Shown piece by piece: positions 12,446 through 23,583 of a stretch of DNA of 64,000 nucleotides. Under the pieces are notes generated by a model. That model did not search any database and had not been told where the DNA came from. It saw only the letters and a program-made list of their open reading frames with translations. Numbering within the stretch: position 1 is the stretch's first letter; every line of letters begins with the position of its first letter. Source of the DNA: Eukaryota sp. TZLM1-RC (taxonomy: Eukaryota > Protista > Metamonada: BaSk clade); contig JAUPSS010000005.1 in the NCBI GenBank assembly GCA_040285825.1, positions 744,001-808,000 on the forward strand. Reading direction: 5' to 3'. A program made the translations under genes and the position numbers.

Positions 12446-12779
12446 ACATCCTTGTAGATTTTGAATACCTTTGGTAATTGTATTTTCAGACAAGCTATGA
12501 CCTCAATTTTTAATCAATAATAATCAATTGAATCAATTCTTACTTCAGAATAGGGAGAAAAGTAATTATTATTGTTGAATTTGGGATAGACTTGAAAAAT
12601 AAAAAGTGATTAAAAAACACAAATTTATTAATGATGTAAAACCAATATTCACTGTTCAAGAAACTGAGTACTTCACAAAACAACTTTTTTTTGAATAATT
12701 GTGGACTGATATTAGTGACTGGGAACAACAAAAACACATGATATTCAATGAACTTACCAAAGGAAAAGTTTGAGAATTG

Positions 12780-13050
12780 AATTTAAAACTGATTATAATG
12801 TGTTTTAATTGAAGAGTTTCGAGCTAGTTGCTGCTGCTTCAATTGTGTGAAAACAGAGACAACGGTTGAAACTATCAGAGGGTGCAAAAACCTGAATCGT
12901 GAGAGAAGCACAAGATAACTATTCGTCATGGAGACACATTGGGTAAATCATGCAAAAGTTTGTGGATAAAGGAACAAAATGCTTCTCTCAACAGCTTGCC
13001 ACTTAATGAAGCACAGGTGAAGGTTTAACAAAATCAGTAAATTTGCAAAA
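12780..13050 (+). mobile_element. Degenerate Fanzor C-terminal remnant
   Basis: Manual translation gives LIEEFRASCCCFNC...IRHG...CKSLW...NASLN, colinear with the remnant at 45390-45855. Confidence 0.65.
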
Positions 13051-13134
13051 TGCCAAGATTAATTCTTCACTTTTCAGTCCCTCTACATCAGGGTAAAGGC
13101 ATATCTTCCATTATAAGAGATAATCTCTGTAAAA

Positions 13135-13854
13135 ATGGACCTGAAACAGATACTAGGAGGTGCACAAGTTCCAAATCTCAGTGGCGAAGGTTCAACCAAT
13201 CCAGCCAGTGCCTTTTCGCATCTTACACCCCTGATTCCAGACGCACTTCCCAATAAAGATGGACAGGATCCTATACCGGTAACAAATGAAACAGATGTTA
13301 AAATATACAATGTGGTTGCAACAGTCAATCTCAAATGTCAACTAGACTTAAAACATATAGCAACATACGTCCGTAACGCAGAGTACAACCCTCGGAGGTT
13401 TGCCGCTGCCATTGTACGTATCCTTGAACCCAAAGCGACTGCTCTTGTGTTCCGTACGGGCAAAATGGTCGTGACTGGTGCTGCTAACGAAGATGACTGT
13501 CTCAGAGCTGCCCGGCGCTTCTGTAGGATCCTGCAAAAGGTAAAATGTCCGGTTCGTTTTACAGATTTCAAAGTTGAAAACATTGTTGGTGTTACAAATG
13601 TTGGATTTTCTATTGATTTAGAAGCACTACATGTTCGACATAGCAAATTCGCACAATATGAGCCTGAACTGTTTCCTGGACTCATATACCGTATACATGA
13701 GCCCAAGGTCTGTCTGCTCATCTTCGTTACTGGAAGGGTTGTCTGTACAGGAGCTAAGAGCAGAGAAGCGATATATTCTGGGTTGGGAAAGATACGACCT
13801 GTATTGAATGACTTCAAGGCCAGAGCTCCTCCTAAGGATTTAACCAAACAGTGA
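13135..13854 (+). CDS. TBP: TATA-binding protein
   Basis: Two TBP repeats: NVVATVNL, AEYNPRRF, LVFRTGKMVVTGA, YEPELFPGLIYR, LIFVTGRVVCTGAK. Confidence 0.97.
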   Translation: MDLKQILGGAQVPNLSGEGSTNPASAFSHLTPLIPDALPNKDGQDPIPVTNETDVKIYNVVATVNLKCQLDLKHIATYVRNAEYNPRRFAAAIVRILEPKATALVFRTGKMVVTGAANEDDCLRAARRFCRILQKVKCPVRFTDFKVENIVGVTNVGFSIDLEALHVRHSKFAQYEPELFPGLIYRIHEPKVCLLIFVTGRVVCTGAKSREAIYSGLGKIRPVLNDFKARAPPKDLTKQ

Positions 13855-14399
13855 GCTCATTAGTCTGGCAAATAAACTATTTTTTTGCATTATGTTGTGT
13901 TCTACAGATGTATTATGCTGTTGAAGGACCTACAGTATTGCACACTTACAAGTGAAACAAACAAAAAAGTATTGATCATTAGCACTGAGAAGCAAACCAC
14001 AAATAGTTACATATCATGAGAGCAAATAGAGACACCTCAATTAAAAGCACCAGTTGATCTAACAATATTGAAAAAATCATGTTTATTCTGATGTTCAACT
14101 TGATGGTGTTGGTTTTGATTCATCAAAGTATTTGTTCAAAGCTGCATTCATTGGTAGTGGAGAAAATTTTGTTTTTGAACTTTCTAGAAGATATCCTTTT
14201 ACTCAAGGTGAACAAAATTTTTCACTTGGTGTTCTCAAACATCGGAAAGATACAAAGAAGCGGCAAGATGAATACTTCTGCAACGGTGATAAAAAAATTT
14301 GAAAAAATTTGAAAAAAATTTCTGATTCTCAAACGAGAAAACAATCAATATCAACCAATTTAGATGAATTTTGAGAGTATATTACTGCAAAACTTTAGA

Positions 14400-17300
14400 A
14401 TGAAAACTTGGAATTTATTTAACCAAATACAATATCGAAAAGAAAAATTCTCCCAACACAAGGAAAAACAAAAAGGTGACATGAAGTTGATTCGGAAAAT
14501 TAAACAAAAGTTTGGTGATAGTCATTGGTGATTGGAGTAAAGAGTCTGGATTCAAAAGGAAAGGAAAGTATCCATCTAAAGGAACAAGTATAAGAAAAGT
14601 ATTTATTTTTATATTTATTGAATTTGCACACTTGATTAAATTAAATCATAACTAATGGGACGACTATCATTAAACCAAGATTTCCTCTACAAAATCTTGA
14701 TTTGCTTGCTGTCTAGCTAAAGCTTCTCTAATTCGATTGAAAAACCGCTGTAATCTATTAATAATGGCAAATTGAATCCGTGAACGCCATAAAAAAATAT
14801 CAAATCTTTTCATTGTTTTTTCTTTCACCATTTTTTGGAAGTCATCCAAAAAAGTTTCTGCTTCAACTGATAATCTTCCATTTATCGAAAATGGGAAAGC
14901 AATAAAAACCAGCTGTGTATTTCTATCGACATTTGCATCTTCAATTTCTTTATCATATTTTCTATGTTTTTCTTTTGCTTTAAAATCCAGAGCAGCCACA
15001 GGATTAAGTTTTCTTCTGTGAACCAAAGTATCGTTTGCAACATTACATGAGACAAAGTCAACAATAGCTTCAGAATTATCAATCCAATCACAGTATATAT
15101 CACCTCTATCATCAGAACCAAAATTATTCAGAGAAAGTGTTTCCTTCAGCAGGGGCTCTTTGATACACGATATCCATGCAGTTTGTGCCATATTGAAAAC
15201 AGTGTCTCTAACAGCATCATGTAATGAAGAACGATAAGTTATCAATTTAGAGCAATTTAGAGCATGGCGCAAAGTGAGTTGAGGTGAATTCGAACAAATA
15301 CATTTTTCTTTTGATAATAATTGGTTAATGAAGATGTTCAAATATAATCTCATTTTTGTTACAAATGCTTCATTAGTGGCACACAATCCAAATCTTCGTG
15401 GTACAATGGTTACAAAAAGTGAAGAATCTGACGCCTTGTTTTCACAAACACCCTTTTCCAATAACAATGAGTGAAGATCTTGATTTAAAACAGCCGAGCT
15501 GCAAATATTATTATAAAGATCTTTTTCATACATTCCAGTCAATCTTTTCTGTAATGTTCGAAGAGTGTACTTCAAATTTAAAACATTTTTTTCTGGAATA
15601 TTGCCATTGAATGATTGGGGAAAACATCGACCCCATTTTTCTACATCAATTTTTGAAATTTCTTCATTTAATGCAAAAACAGTGGAACTTTGCGTTGTCA
15701 TCAATAAATCTTCCCAATCTGCAAATCTTTCGGAAAACTCAAAGATTGCATTTCTGCATCCACCAACAAAAGCACACGAGGTAAGAATAGAAGCCTTCGT
15801 CCACCCTAAACCACCATAATGTGGACTAAGGTAAGCATGACCTGGAATTTGAAACATTTTACATCCCAGTAATTGAGACAGAACTTTTGCACGTAACTCA
15901 TTAAACTTTTGAGCCAAAGGTCTAGTGACGAGAGGATTTGTAGATCGAAATATATGATTAAAATTGGAACTAAAACACAGTCTTATAATGGTAAATTTGA
16001 TGTGTTTTTTTATATCTAAATTCATCATTCGGTCAATTTTGTCAGAAATTGAGTTCAACTTTTCAAACAATTTTTTGGTAATTTCATCATTATTTCCTAA
16101 AAATGAACCCAAATGACGAATAGCATCAATTGAATATAATTTGGCTGGAATTTCAATATCATCAATTATTGTGGAAACTGGAGAATTCGATAACAAAACA
16201 CATTTAAGTAAATTAAGTCGGAGACCAATTTTGGTAAATAATTCTTTAAAACATACAGTTGCTTTTTTCACAATATTTAATTCACCAATAAGCACAACAT
16301 CATCCATATATGCAATCATTTTTAGCGAAGGAAACATCTCTTGAATTTGCAGTAGAATAGGATGAATGGCCAAGCAAAACAAAAGAGGTCCTAACGGATC
16401 TCCTTGCTTTACGCCACTTGATGAACTCAAAATGTTGTTACCAAAATGTAAATTAGAATATGTGCAATATGTTGATTGAAAATATGGTATTAATTCCGGC
16501 ATATATTGCAATAGAGCACCATGGATACTGCGACGACTTAGTGAATTGAAAGCATTACTAAAATCCAATGACATGCAAACATTGGATTCATTTTGACGAA
16601 ATAAGAAATCAGTATCAAAAATCGCTGAAGAGACTCCATCTGTAGTATTTATACCATATTGAAAGGGTAATAAAATCTTTTTAGCTTTTTCATTGAACCT
16701 GCTTAAGCAACACGCAGAAAAAATATTATGTAAGGCTCTCAGAGACTGCAATAGGACGAACATCCATTTTTGAATTTTTGACAAGTGCAGTCAAACGAGA
16801 ACTTCTTAATTCTTTTGGGTATTTGCGTTGACCAGATAATATTTGGTTGAAAAATTTGGTCAATAAACCAAGGCAATCTTCTGAAGAAATAATCGCGGCT
16901 TTTACATGATCAATAGTAATACCAGAAAGTCCGGCAGACTTACCACGAGGTCTCTTTTTGATAACCGAAAAAACTTCTGATGGCATCAATGGATAATTTT
17001 CCCAGTATGTGCCGTAAAAATTTTGATCCATTATAGGGTCTTCATAAGGATGAAGTATTTTCAGTTTATCCATTGTATTTTCATTGTTCGGTGCTTTGAC
17101 TCCGGGACTTAAAGCTGACAAAGCCTTGGACCATTTGTTGTCAAAGCATTTGTCTTCAAAAATTTTACTTAATTTCTCGGATGACTGATTTCTCGGTGCT
17201 ATATTAGTTAAATCTTCGGAAATATTAACGAAATTTTGTTCAAAAGGAGGACAAAAAGAACCAAAAAATTCCCAAATAATATTGATAGCATACTATATAT

Positions 17301-17976
17301 AATATATACTATATACTATATACTATATATATACTATATAGAAAAGTATTGAGACAAGCCGGATACCTTGTATATTTAGTCAATGAGGCATTTACTGCAA
17401 AAAGATGCCATAATTGTGCTCGAAAAAAGGATACAGATGGAGAAAACACGAAAACTTCCTACAAATACGATGATCCCAACTTTACGAAAAAACTAAACTC
17501 AATTAGACGGGATATTCAAGTCAGAAAGAAAAAAATGGAAGTTGCATATAGATTCAAATAATGCAAAAAAAGTAAAAGAAAAGTTGGAAGAAGCAATGAT
17601 AAGGGTAGAAACAGTGACAGATATAAGTAAGAGTGAACAAAGAAGTCTAGCAATAAGAGAATTAGTTGAAGAATTGAAAAAAAACCACCAAAGAAAACGT
17701 ATTTCAAAGCTTTTGGAAAAGGATGAATTGGGCAACTATAAAGTTCGACAAGTAGTTCCATGGGGTCTAAGGCAATGCAATCAATGCAAAACGTTCTGGA
17801 ATCGAGATACTAATTCCGCACTAAATATTCATTTGTTGGCTGAAGACATTTTGGCTGGAAGAGAGAGAGATCAGAGGTGTTCAAGAGACAACAGTCTCAA
17901 ACCAATGTTATTGAATCCACTAATGAAAGCCAGAGAGATGTTGGAAAGGGTTCTAAAGGTGATGGTACACCAATGA
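14400..17976 (+). mobile_element. Fanzor interrupted by a retrotransposon (parts about 14400-14603 and 17340-17976)
   Basis: Joining across the TSD gives IGDW...YPSKGTSIRKV|LRQAGYLVYLVNEAFTAKRCHNC...WGLRQCNQCKTFWNRDTNSALNI. Confidence 0.85.
14604..17339 (-). mobile_element. RT-RLE (CRE/R2-like) non-LTR retrotransposon family A, 5'-truncated, one +1 frameshift near 16735
   Basis: RPIAV, DFSNAFNS, GVKQGDPLGP, YMDD, CIC..H..C, RGD..D..KHRKY; TSD AGAAAAGTATT at 14593-14603 and 17340-17350. Confidence 0.93.
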
Positions 17977-18098
17977 GTCCGATTCAACAACCAAACCTCA
18001 ATACATTATCACGGGTAGCGAATGCGAAAGTTGATGAGCAATGTATAGTTTTGAAGTAACTTAAACTTTCATCCTTCCCCAATCTTTCTACTTCTTAC

Positions 18099-19638
18099 AT
18101 GTCCACACATCTTTCCGTTGTCTTTGCTGGTCATGTCGATTCAGGTAAAAGTACTCTCTCTGGGCAAATTCTCTACCTCTGTGGTGAAGTAGACGAACGA
18201 TCTCTCGAAAAAGCCCAACGTGAAGCCGAAGCCAAAGGTCGTGCTTCATGGGCCCTCGCATATGCTCTTGATGTAGATGATGACGAACGTGAAAAAGGCA
18301 AAACTGTTGAAGTCGGTCATGCTTCTTTCACAACCGGATCCAAACGCTATACAATCCTGGACGCTCCTGGTCATAAGGGTTTCGTTCACCATATGATCGG
18401 AGGAGCTGCACAAGCTGATGTCGCAGTACTGGTGATCTCAGCTCGAAGGGGGGAATTTGAAACAGGGTTTGACAAGGGGGGACAAACCAGAGAACACACC
18501 TTACTACTTAAAACTGCTGGAATCAAGCATTTAATCGTAGCAATTAACAAAATGGATGATTCTACTGTTGAGTGGAACAAAGTATCGTTTATCAGCTTAC
18601 TTCTCTTAACCATAGGATAGATACGACGACATTGTGAAAAGACTCACTCCTTTCTTACGGAGATCTGGCTTTAACACCAACAATGACGTCACTTTCCTTC
18701 CAGTCTCTGGGTTATCTGGAGCTAATGTTAAGGAAAGGGTAGAAGATCAGTGGTATGTTTATTGATGGTTTTAATGATTTAAAAAGGAAATAAGTTCAAA
18801 TTGACTCAGAATTTCAGAGAATTCAAAAGAATTTAAGAGAATCATCTTGTTTTCCTGTCATTATCTAAATTAATTTCTCTAATTCAATATGGTCGATTTG
18901 TTTTGTTTTTTCTCAGTCCATTTTCCCTTTTCACATTCAACCACTAACCATAGGTACTCGGGACCTTGTTTATTTGAAGTTCTGGACCAGCTTGAACCTC
19001 CACGTCGCAATATCGAAGGTCCACTCAGGATTCCAATTTCAGCCAAGCTTAGGGATAGGGGTTCAACGATTGGAATTGGAAAAATTGAAAGCGGATCAAT
19101 TAAGGTTGGTGACAAGCTCAAAATTTCACCACAAAACATTTCAACAGAAGTCAGTGGACTCTATATTCAAGATGAGTCTGTGGATATTGCATATTCAGGG
19201 GATAATGTTAGAGTTGGTTTGAAAGGTGTGGCTGAAGATGATTTTCATTTAGGTATATTTTTTATTGAATTAACTTTAGGCTCTGTTATAAGTGGAATTG
19301 ATGACCCATGTGCCTATACTGATTTATTTGATGCTCATTTGGTGGTTTTAGATGTCAAGAATATTTTAGCCGCTGGGTACCAAGCTGTTTTGCATGTGCA
19401 TTCTTTGATTATTGAAGTTACTGTCGAATCAATATTAGCAGAAGTCAATCCAAAAACGAAGGAGATTATTCAGAAAAGGCCAAGATTCATCAAGCAAGGG
19501 CAACATGCAGCCGTTAGACTACGAACCAGCCAACCAATTGCCATTGAACCATTTGATAAAATGAAGCAACTCGGTAGGTTTGTGTTGAGAACTGAGGGCA
19601 TCAATATAGGTATTGGTATGGTAAAGAGGTTAAAGTAA
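18099..19638 (+). CDS. eRF3: Eukaryotic release factor 3 GTPase lacking the N-terminal extension; introns 18582-18615, 18753-18953, 19253-19279
   Basis: GHVDSGKST, GKTVEVG, DAPGHK, GEFETGF..GGQTREH, NKMDD. Splicing restores EWNK|DRYDDIV, DQW|YSGPCL and HLG|SVI. Confidence 0.9.
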
Positions 19639-19904
19639 ATAGTTTTTGAATAAATTAGTGTTTTTTTTGGTTAAATATCGCTTTAATTGGATTACTAAAT
19701 ACATTTAATTAAGTGAAAAATATTTCTAAGATTGTTGTCAAATGAACACCTTTGAAAGAGAATTCTGATTGAAGAAATAAACATTGTGATTGCTTTGTCA
19801 TTTTTCTTCCAAGTTTGTCGCCAATAAAAGTTTCATCCTTCAAATACATCTTATCAATGATGGTTTCATTTGACCTTCCTTGTGCCTGAGAAACAAGCAA
19901 ACAA

Positions 19905-20052
19905 CCCAGATTTTGATGAAAATATTGGACTTCATCTTAATGCGAGCAAATGCCTTCTGATTGGTTCTTCTGCTCAAGACCTTGTGATTAATGAATCTGT
20001 TGTCCTTTTTACTAACTATAGTAATGATGCTTTCAAATTTCTTGGTTGCTGA
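19905..20052 (+). mobile_element. Non-LTR RT fragment
   Basis: ENIGLHLNASKCLLIGSSAQDLVIN matches the protein of the element at 52924-55037. Confidence 0.75.
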
Positions 20053-20524
20053 TTTATGAAATGAAGTTTCAAAAATCCGACAGTATAATGGATTTCTGAA
20101 CCAGTAGTTATTTTATTTGCAATATTTCCCTTTTTCCAGTGTTTCTGGTATTGAAATGACAAGAGCTGATGAACACTACATTTTCCTTGATCATCAACAA
20201 ATAGTCAATTTTTCTTGATTTTACACATCACAAACGCAACTTGAAAATTATAGTTGAAAAAGACTCAGTGAGACATAAAAGTCCCTGCTGTTTACAAAAC
20301 TTAATTTAAATACAAACAACAGAAACAAATGTGTTTCTGAGAAAGTTAAACAAACCCACCCGCTTAGTCCAATGTCGAGTTATTTAATTTTCTGGAAAAT
20401 AATTCGAAAAATGATAATAATAATTTAATGTCAATCGTACTTCTTGAGCGATCATGTAACTAAAACTTTTTAAGCGTCTGGAGCTTGTGTGCTCACTTTT
20501 CAAAAAAAGTAAAAACAAATCTAC

Positions 20525-20900
20525 CCCGCAAATCTACGTGCTACCACCGCATGAACACATGGGTATCCATTTTGGTCCCAATCCACATGAATAACATTGC
20601 TTGCTTAAATCCACCAACCATGATTTTTCATGCTGTGTAACATTCAAGACTGAACTATCCCCTGCCTTCAAAATTCTCACAACTTAGATATGTAGTGCTT
20701 TACTTCATAAGGAGTTGTTGTCAAAGCGGATATAGTTCGAATAGCATGACAATCAGAGGCACAGGTGTTGTTTTTGCAGCGGGTATGAATTCTTGTGTGT
20801 TCTAACTTTTTGTAGACACAATAGGCACTGTTTTTGATCGAATTTAGTCGAATAAGTTCCTTTATGATGTCCATTGAAACAAGGGTACCGATTTTCAAAG
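20525..20900 (-). mobile_element. Possible decayed MULE/Mutator transposase fragment (SWIM zinc finger)
   Basis: Manual minus-strand translation with a frameshift gives WLVDLSKQC.SCG/WDQNGYPCVHAVVA, matching the VDL..CxC..W..GxPCxH pattern. Confidence 0.45.
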
Positions 20901-21045
20901 AATAGTTGTTGTGTTTGATTGTAATAGTTGATTCTGGTCCAGATCCCTTTTTAAATCCTTTTTTTTAAATATTTTTTCAAATGCTTTATTTAAATCCTTT
21001 TTTAAATCCAAAAAACCTAAAACTCTTTATTTAAATTGACCAAAT

Positions 21046-22068
21046 CTAACCTACCACCAACCTCTGAACACCTCCCTTACCTCTTTTTCTTTCCTCTCTT
21101 TTCTCCCTCAATCTTCTTAACCGTTCTCTCTCCTTGAGCTCCAACTCTGGTGGCATTGACCTTAACTTCCGTTCTTGTTCTTTCTCCTTTTCTTCCTTCA
21201 ATTTCTTCTCTAGCTCTTCTCTCTTCTTCTTTGCTTCCTGCACCTCCTCTCTCCTTGCTTGTCTCCTCTTATTCTCCATCAAACTTAGTACACTGGAAGT
21301 GGGTTTGGAAGAAGCAATGCGATCTCCAAGTATCATCATTGATTGATAAAGTCCACTTATATCATTGAAATTAGACTCATTAAGGGGCAGCTTGATCCCC
21401 ATTTGAGAAAGCGCCTTGACATCACCAAAAGACGCTAGGTGTGGGGCTTCAAAAGACGTGGTTTCAATAAATAAACAATATTGTAGCAACGAAAGACTAG
21501 AATCGGCAAGACCAAAAAATTCAACAAAAGTCAGGATATTTTGACCTAGTGCAGGAACATCACAAAAAACCACAAATTGATCATTAATAGTAGAATCCTT
21601 GATTTGGGAAGTTGCGATTGAGCAGAATAAAGGAAACATTTCTCTAAAACGCTTCTCAAAGGATTTTCTAATGACAGCAAAGGCGACAGAGGGGCTAACG
21701 TTAGTCTCTAATGCAAACTGGACTGTTGCAGAATCCTTAGTGGGGAAGAGGACCCCGGTGAGTGAAGACAACACACAGTGACGTGGCGAGAGTTTGAGTT
21801 CAGTGCACATGACTGGTACTTGTTTTCTGCCACTGGCATAATGGTAAAAATATTGGGGCGAGTCTTGAAAAATGAGGGCTTCATTCGAGACTCCAACAGA
21901 TGCGTATTCTCGCTTAGCAAACGGATCAATAGCGAGGGCATACTGTTTGGCCTTGGATCGATTGGTTTTGCGGCCAAGGAAGAAGAATAGAGCATAGACA
22001 GCAAGAGCAGATGCTCCAATGATGAGAGATTGAGTTTGAGAGACCGATTGGAGAGTGGTTATTATCAT
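21046..22068 (-). CDS. CCDC47: CCDC47-like PAT complex subunit
   Basis: TM helix followed by GRKTNRSKA, YASGR and LKLSPRH, with a long K/E/R coiled-coil C-terminus. Confidence 0.75.
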   Translation of the reverse strand: MIITTLQSVSQTQSLIIGASALAVYALFFFLGRKTNRSKAKQYALAIDPFAKREYASVGVSNEALIFQDSPQYFYHYASGRKQVPVMCTELKLSPRHCVLSSLTGVLFPTKDSATVQFALETNVSPSVAFAVIRKSFEKRFREMFPLFCSIATSQIKDSTINDQFVVFCDVPALGQNILTFVEFFGLADSSLSLLQYCLFIETTSFEAPHLASFGDVKALSQMGIKLPLNESNFNDISGLYQSMMILGDRIASSKPTSSVLSLMENKRRQARREEVQEAKKKREELEKKLKEEKEKEQERKLRSMPPELELKERERLRRLREKREERKRGKGGVQRLVVG

Positions 22069-22088
22069 TGAATTGGAAAAGTAGGGGT

Positions 22089-22147
22089 TATGATTAGTTA
22101 TGATTTAATTTAATCAAGTGTGCAAATTCAATAAATTAATCTTAATT
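22089..22147 (+). mobile_element. 59-bp family A 3'-UTR-only insertion
   Basis: Matches the family A 3' end (ATTAGTTATGATTTAATTTAATCAAGTGTGCAAATTCAATAAATTAAT); TSD AAAAGTAGGGGT at 22077-22088 and 22148-22159. Confidence 0.9.
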
Positions 22148-22614
22148 AAAAGTAGGGGTGAATCTCAAAAATTATAAAAAATTATATAAACTATACCTAG
22201 AAAATGTAAATGAATTGTTGAAACAAGAGAAAACAATGGCTATATACATAAATAAATAAAGTTAATAAATAAATGGCACAAGCATCGAATCTTTAATATT
22301 TGATATATTTTCTAGAGCAAATATAATTCTTTGACACCTAACAAACTTGCACAAAAAAGAACTGCATTGCGGTAGCTGACGGGAGTATTAATCAAATACT
22401 AAAATAAAAAATAAGATAATTTTTGGTTTTTAGCAGGCAGAAGCAATAATTATGGTGAATCTGCAAATTCACACCTTAATGATGCTCCAAAATTCTAAAG
22501 CCGATGTGTGCTTTATTTAAATCAACTAATAGAACTAGTTAAACATTGGTTCAGTGAGCATTGCAACTGTTCTGTTAATTAATACTTTTATGAATTAATA
22601 CATGTAAAAAATTT

Positions 22615-22686
22615 CTCGGTTACGGGGAATCGAACCCCGGCCTCCCGCGTGACAGGCGGGGATACTCACCACTATACTATAACCGA
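22615..22686 (-). tRNA. tRNA-Asp(GTC)
   Basis: TCGGTTA/TAACCGA acceptor stem, CCCGC-CTGTCAC-GCGGG anticodon arm, GGTTCGATTCC T-arm, downstream T-run. Confidence 0.95.
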
Positions 22687-23583
22687 CTTCTGATGGAAAG
22701 GTGTGTAAACTAAATCTTTAAAAATGCTAGCTGAATTTACGAAGAATAGTTTGATTAAAATTTTGTTGGTGTTTTTGCTGTCTGATACTAGACAGCAACA
22801 CAAATAGAATAGGGTTTTACTGCAAAAGTTCCAAAAATGCCAATTTTCAGTAATTTAACAGTAATTGTGATAATCGATCAGATACAAAATGATGATGGAT
22901 GATTGACGATCAATTATTGAGTCGATTATTCCAAACCCTGCTCTTGCTCTTCAATTCATTATAGCAGTCAGAGCAGAAGACAGATAACACTGACTGTAGA
23001 AGGATGAAGTTAACCGGTAAAAAGCACTCCAACAGAACTGAACAATCATAATCACTTTGAGCAAGGCATTCTTATCTGAAGTTTTTCACAATTGTGGGTC
23101 GCCTAGCTAGAGCACTATACTATATTCTAATACTGTATACTATATTCTAGGTTTTACGGTCAAGGTGGTATGAATGTCTTTACTACAAAAAATGATAGTT
23201 CGATTTAGGTATTGTATAATTTGTGTGGAATCGACTCTCAACTGAGAGTCTTCTTCTGAATTTCTTCTATTCTGATCATTCCCAATCATCCTTTACAATG
23301 TCTTTTGAATGACTGCAGTTAAAAAATAGTGAGTTATCAAAGTAGTCACTAGCAGTGATCTCACATTGATGATTCACAGCTGTTTTAAACAAAGGAGTCT
23401 TATTGTTGCAATTTGCTTGAAGATACCATCTTACAATAATCATCACTGACTTATATTTGTGCAAGCTTCAATTTGTATAATAATTTTGTTGAGGAAAAGG
23501 TGTATAAAAGGAAACTCCTGCTAAATAAAGCAAAAATGTTTACATTAAATCGACAAACTATAAACGAATAAATCAAAAAAATC

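Noticed and set aside
23115-23150. Short TATACTATATTCTA duplication
   Set aside because: Low complexity, with no associated element or TSD found.
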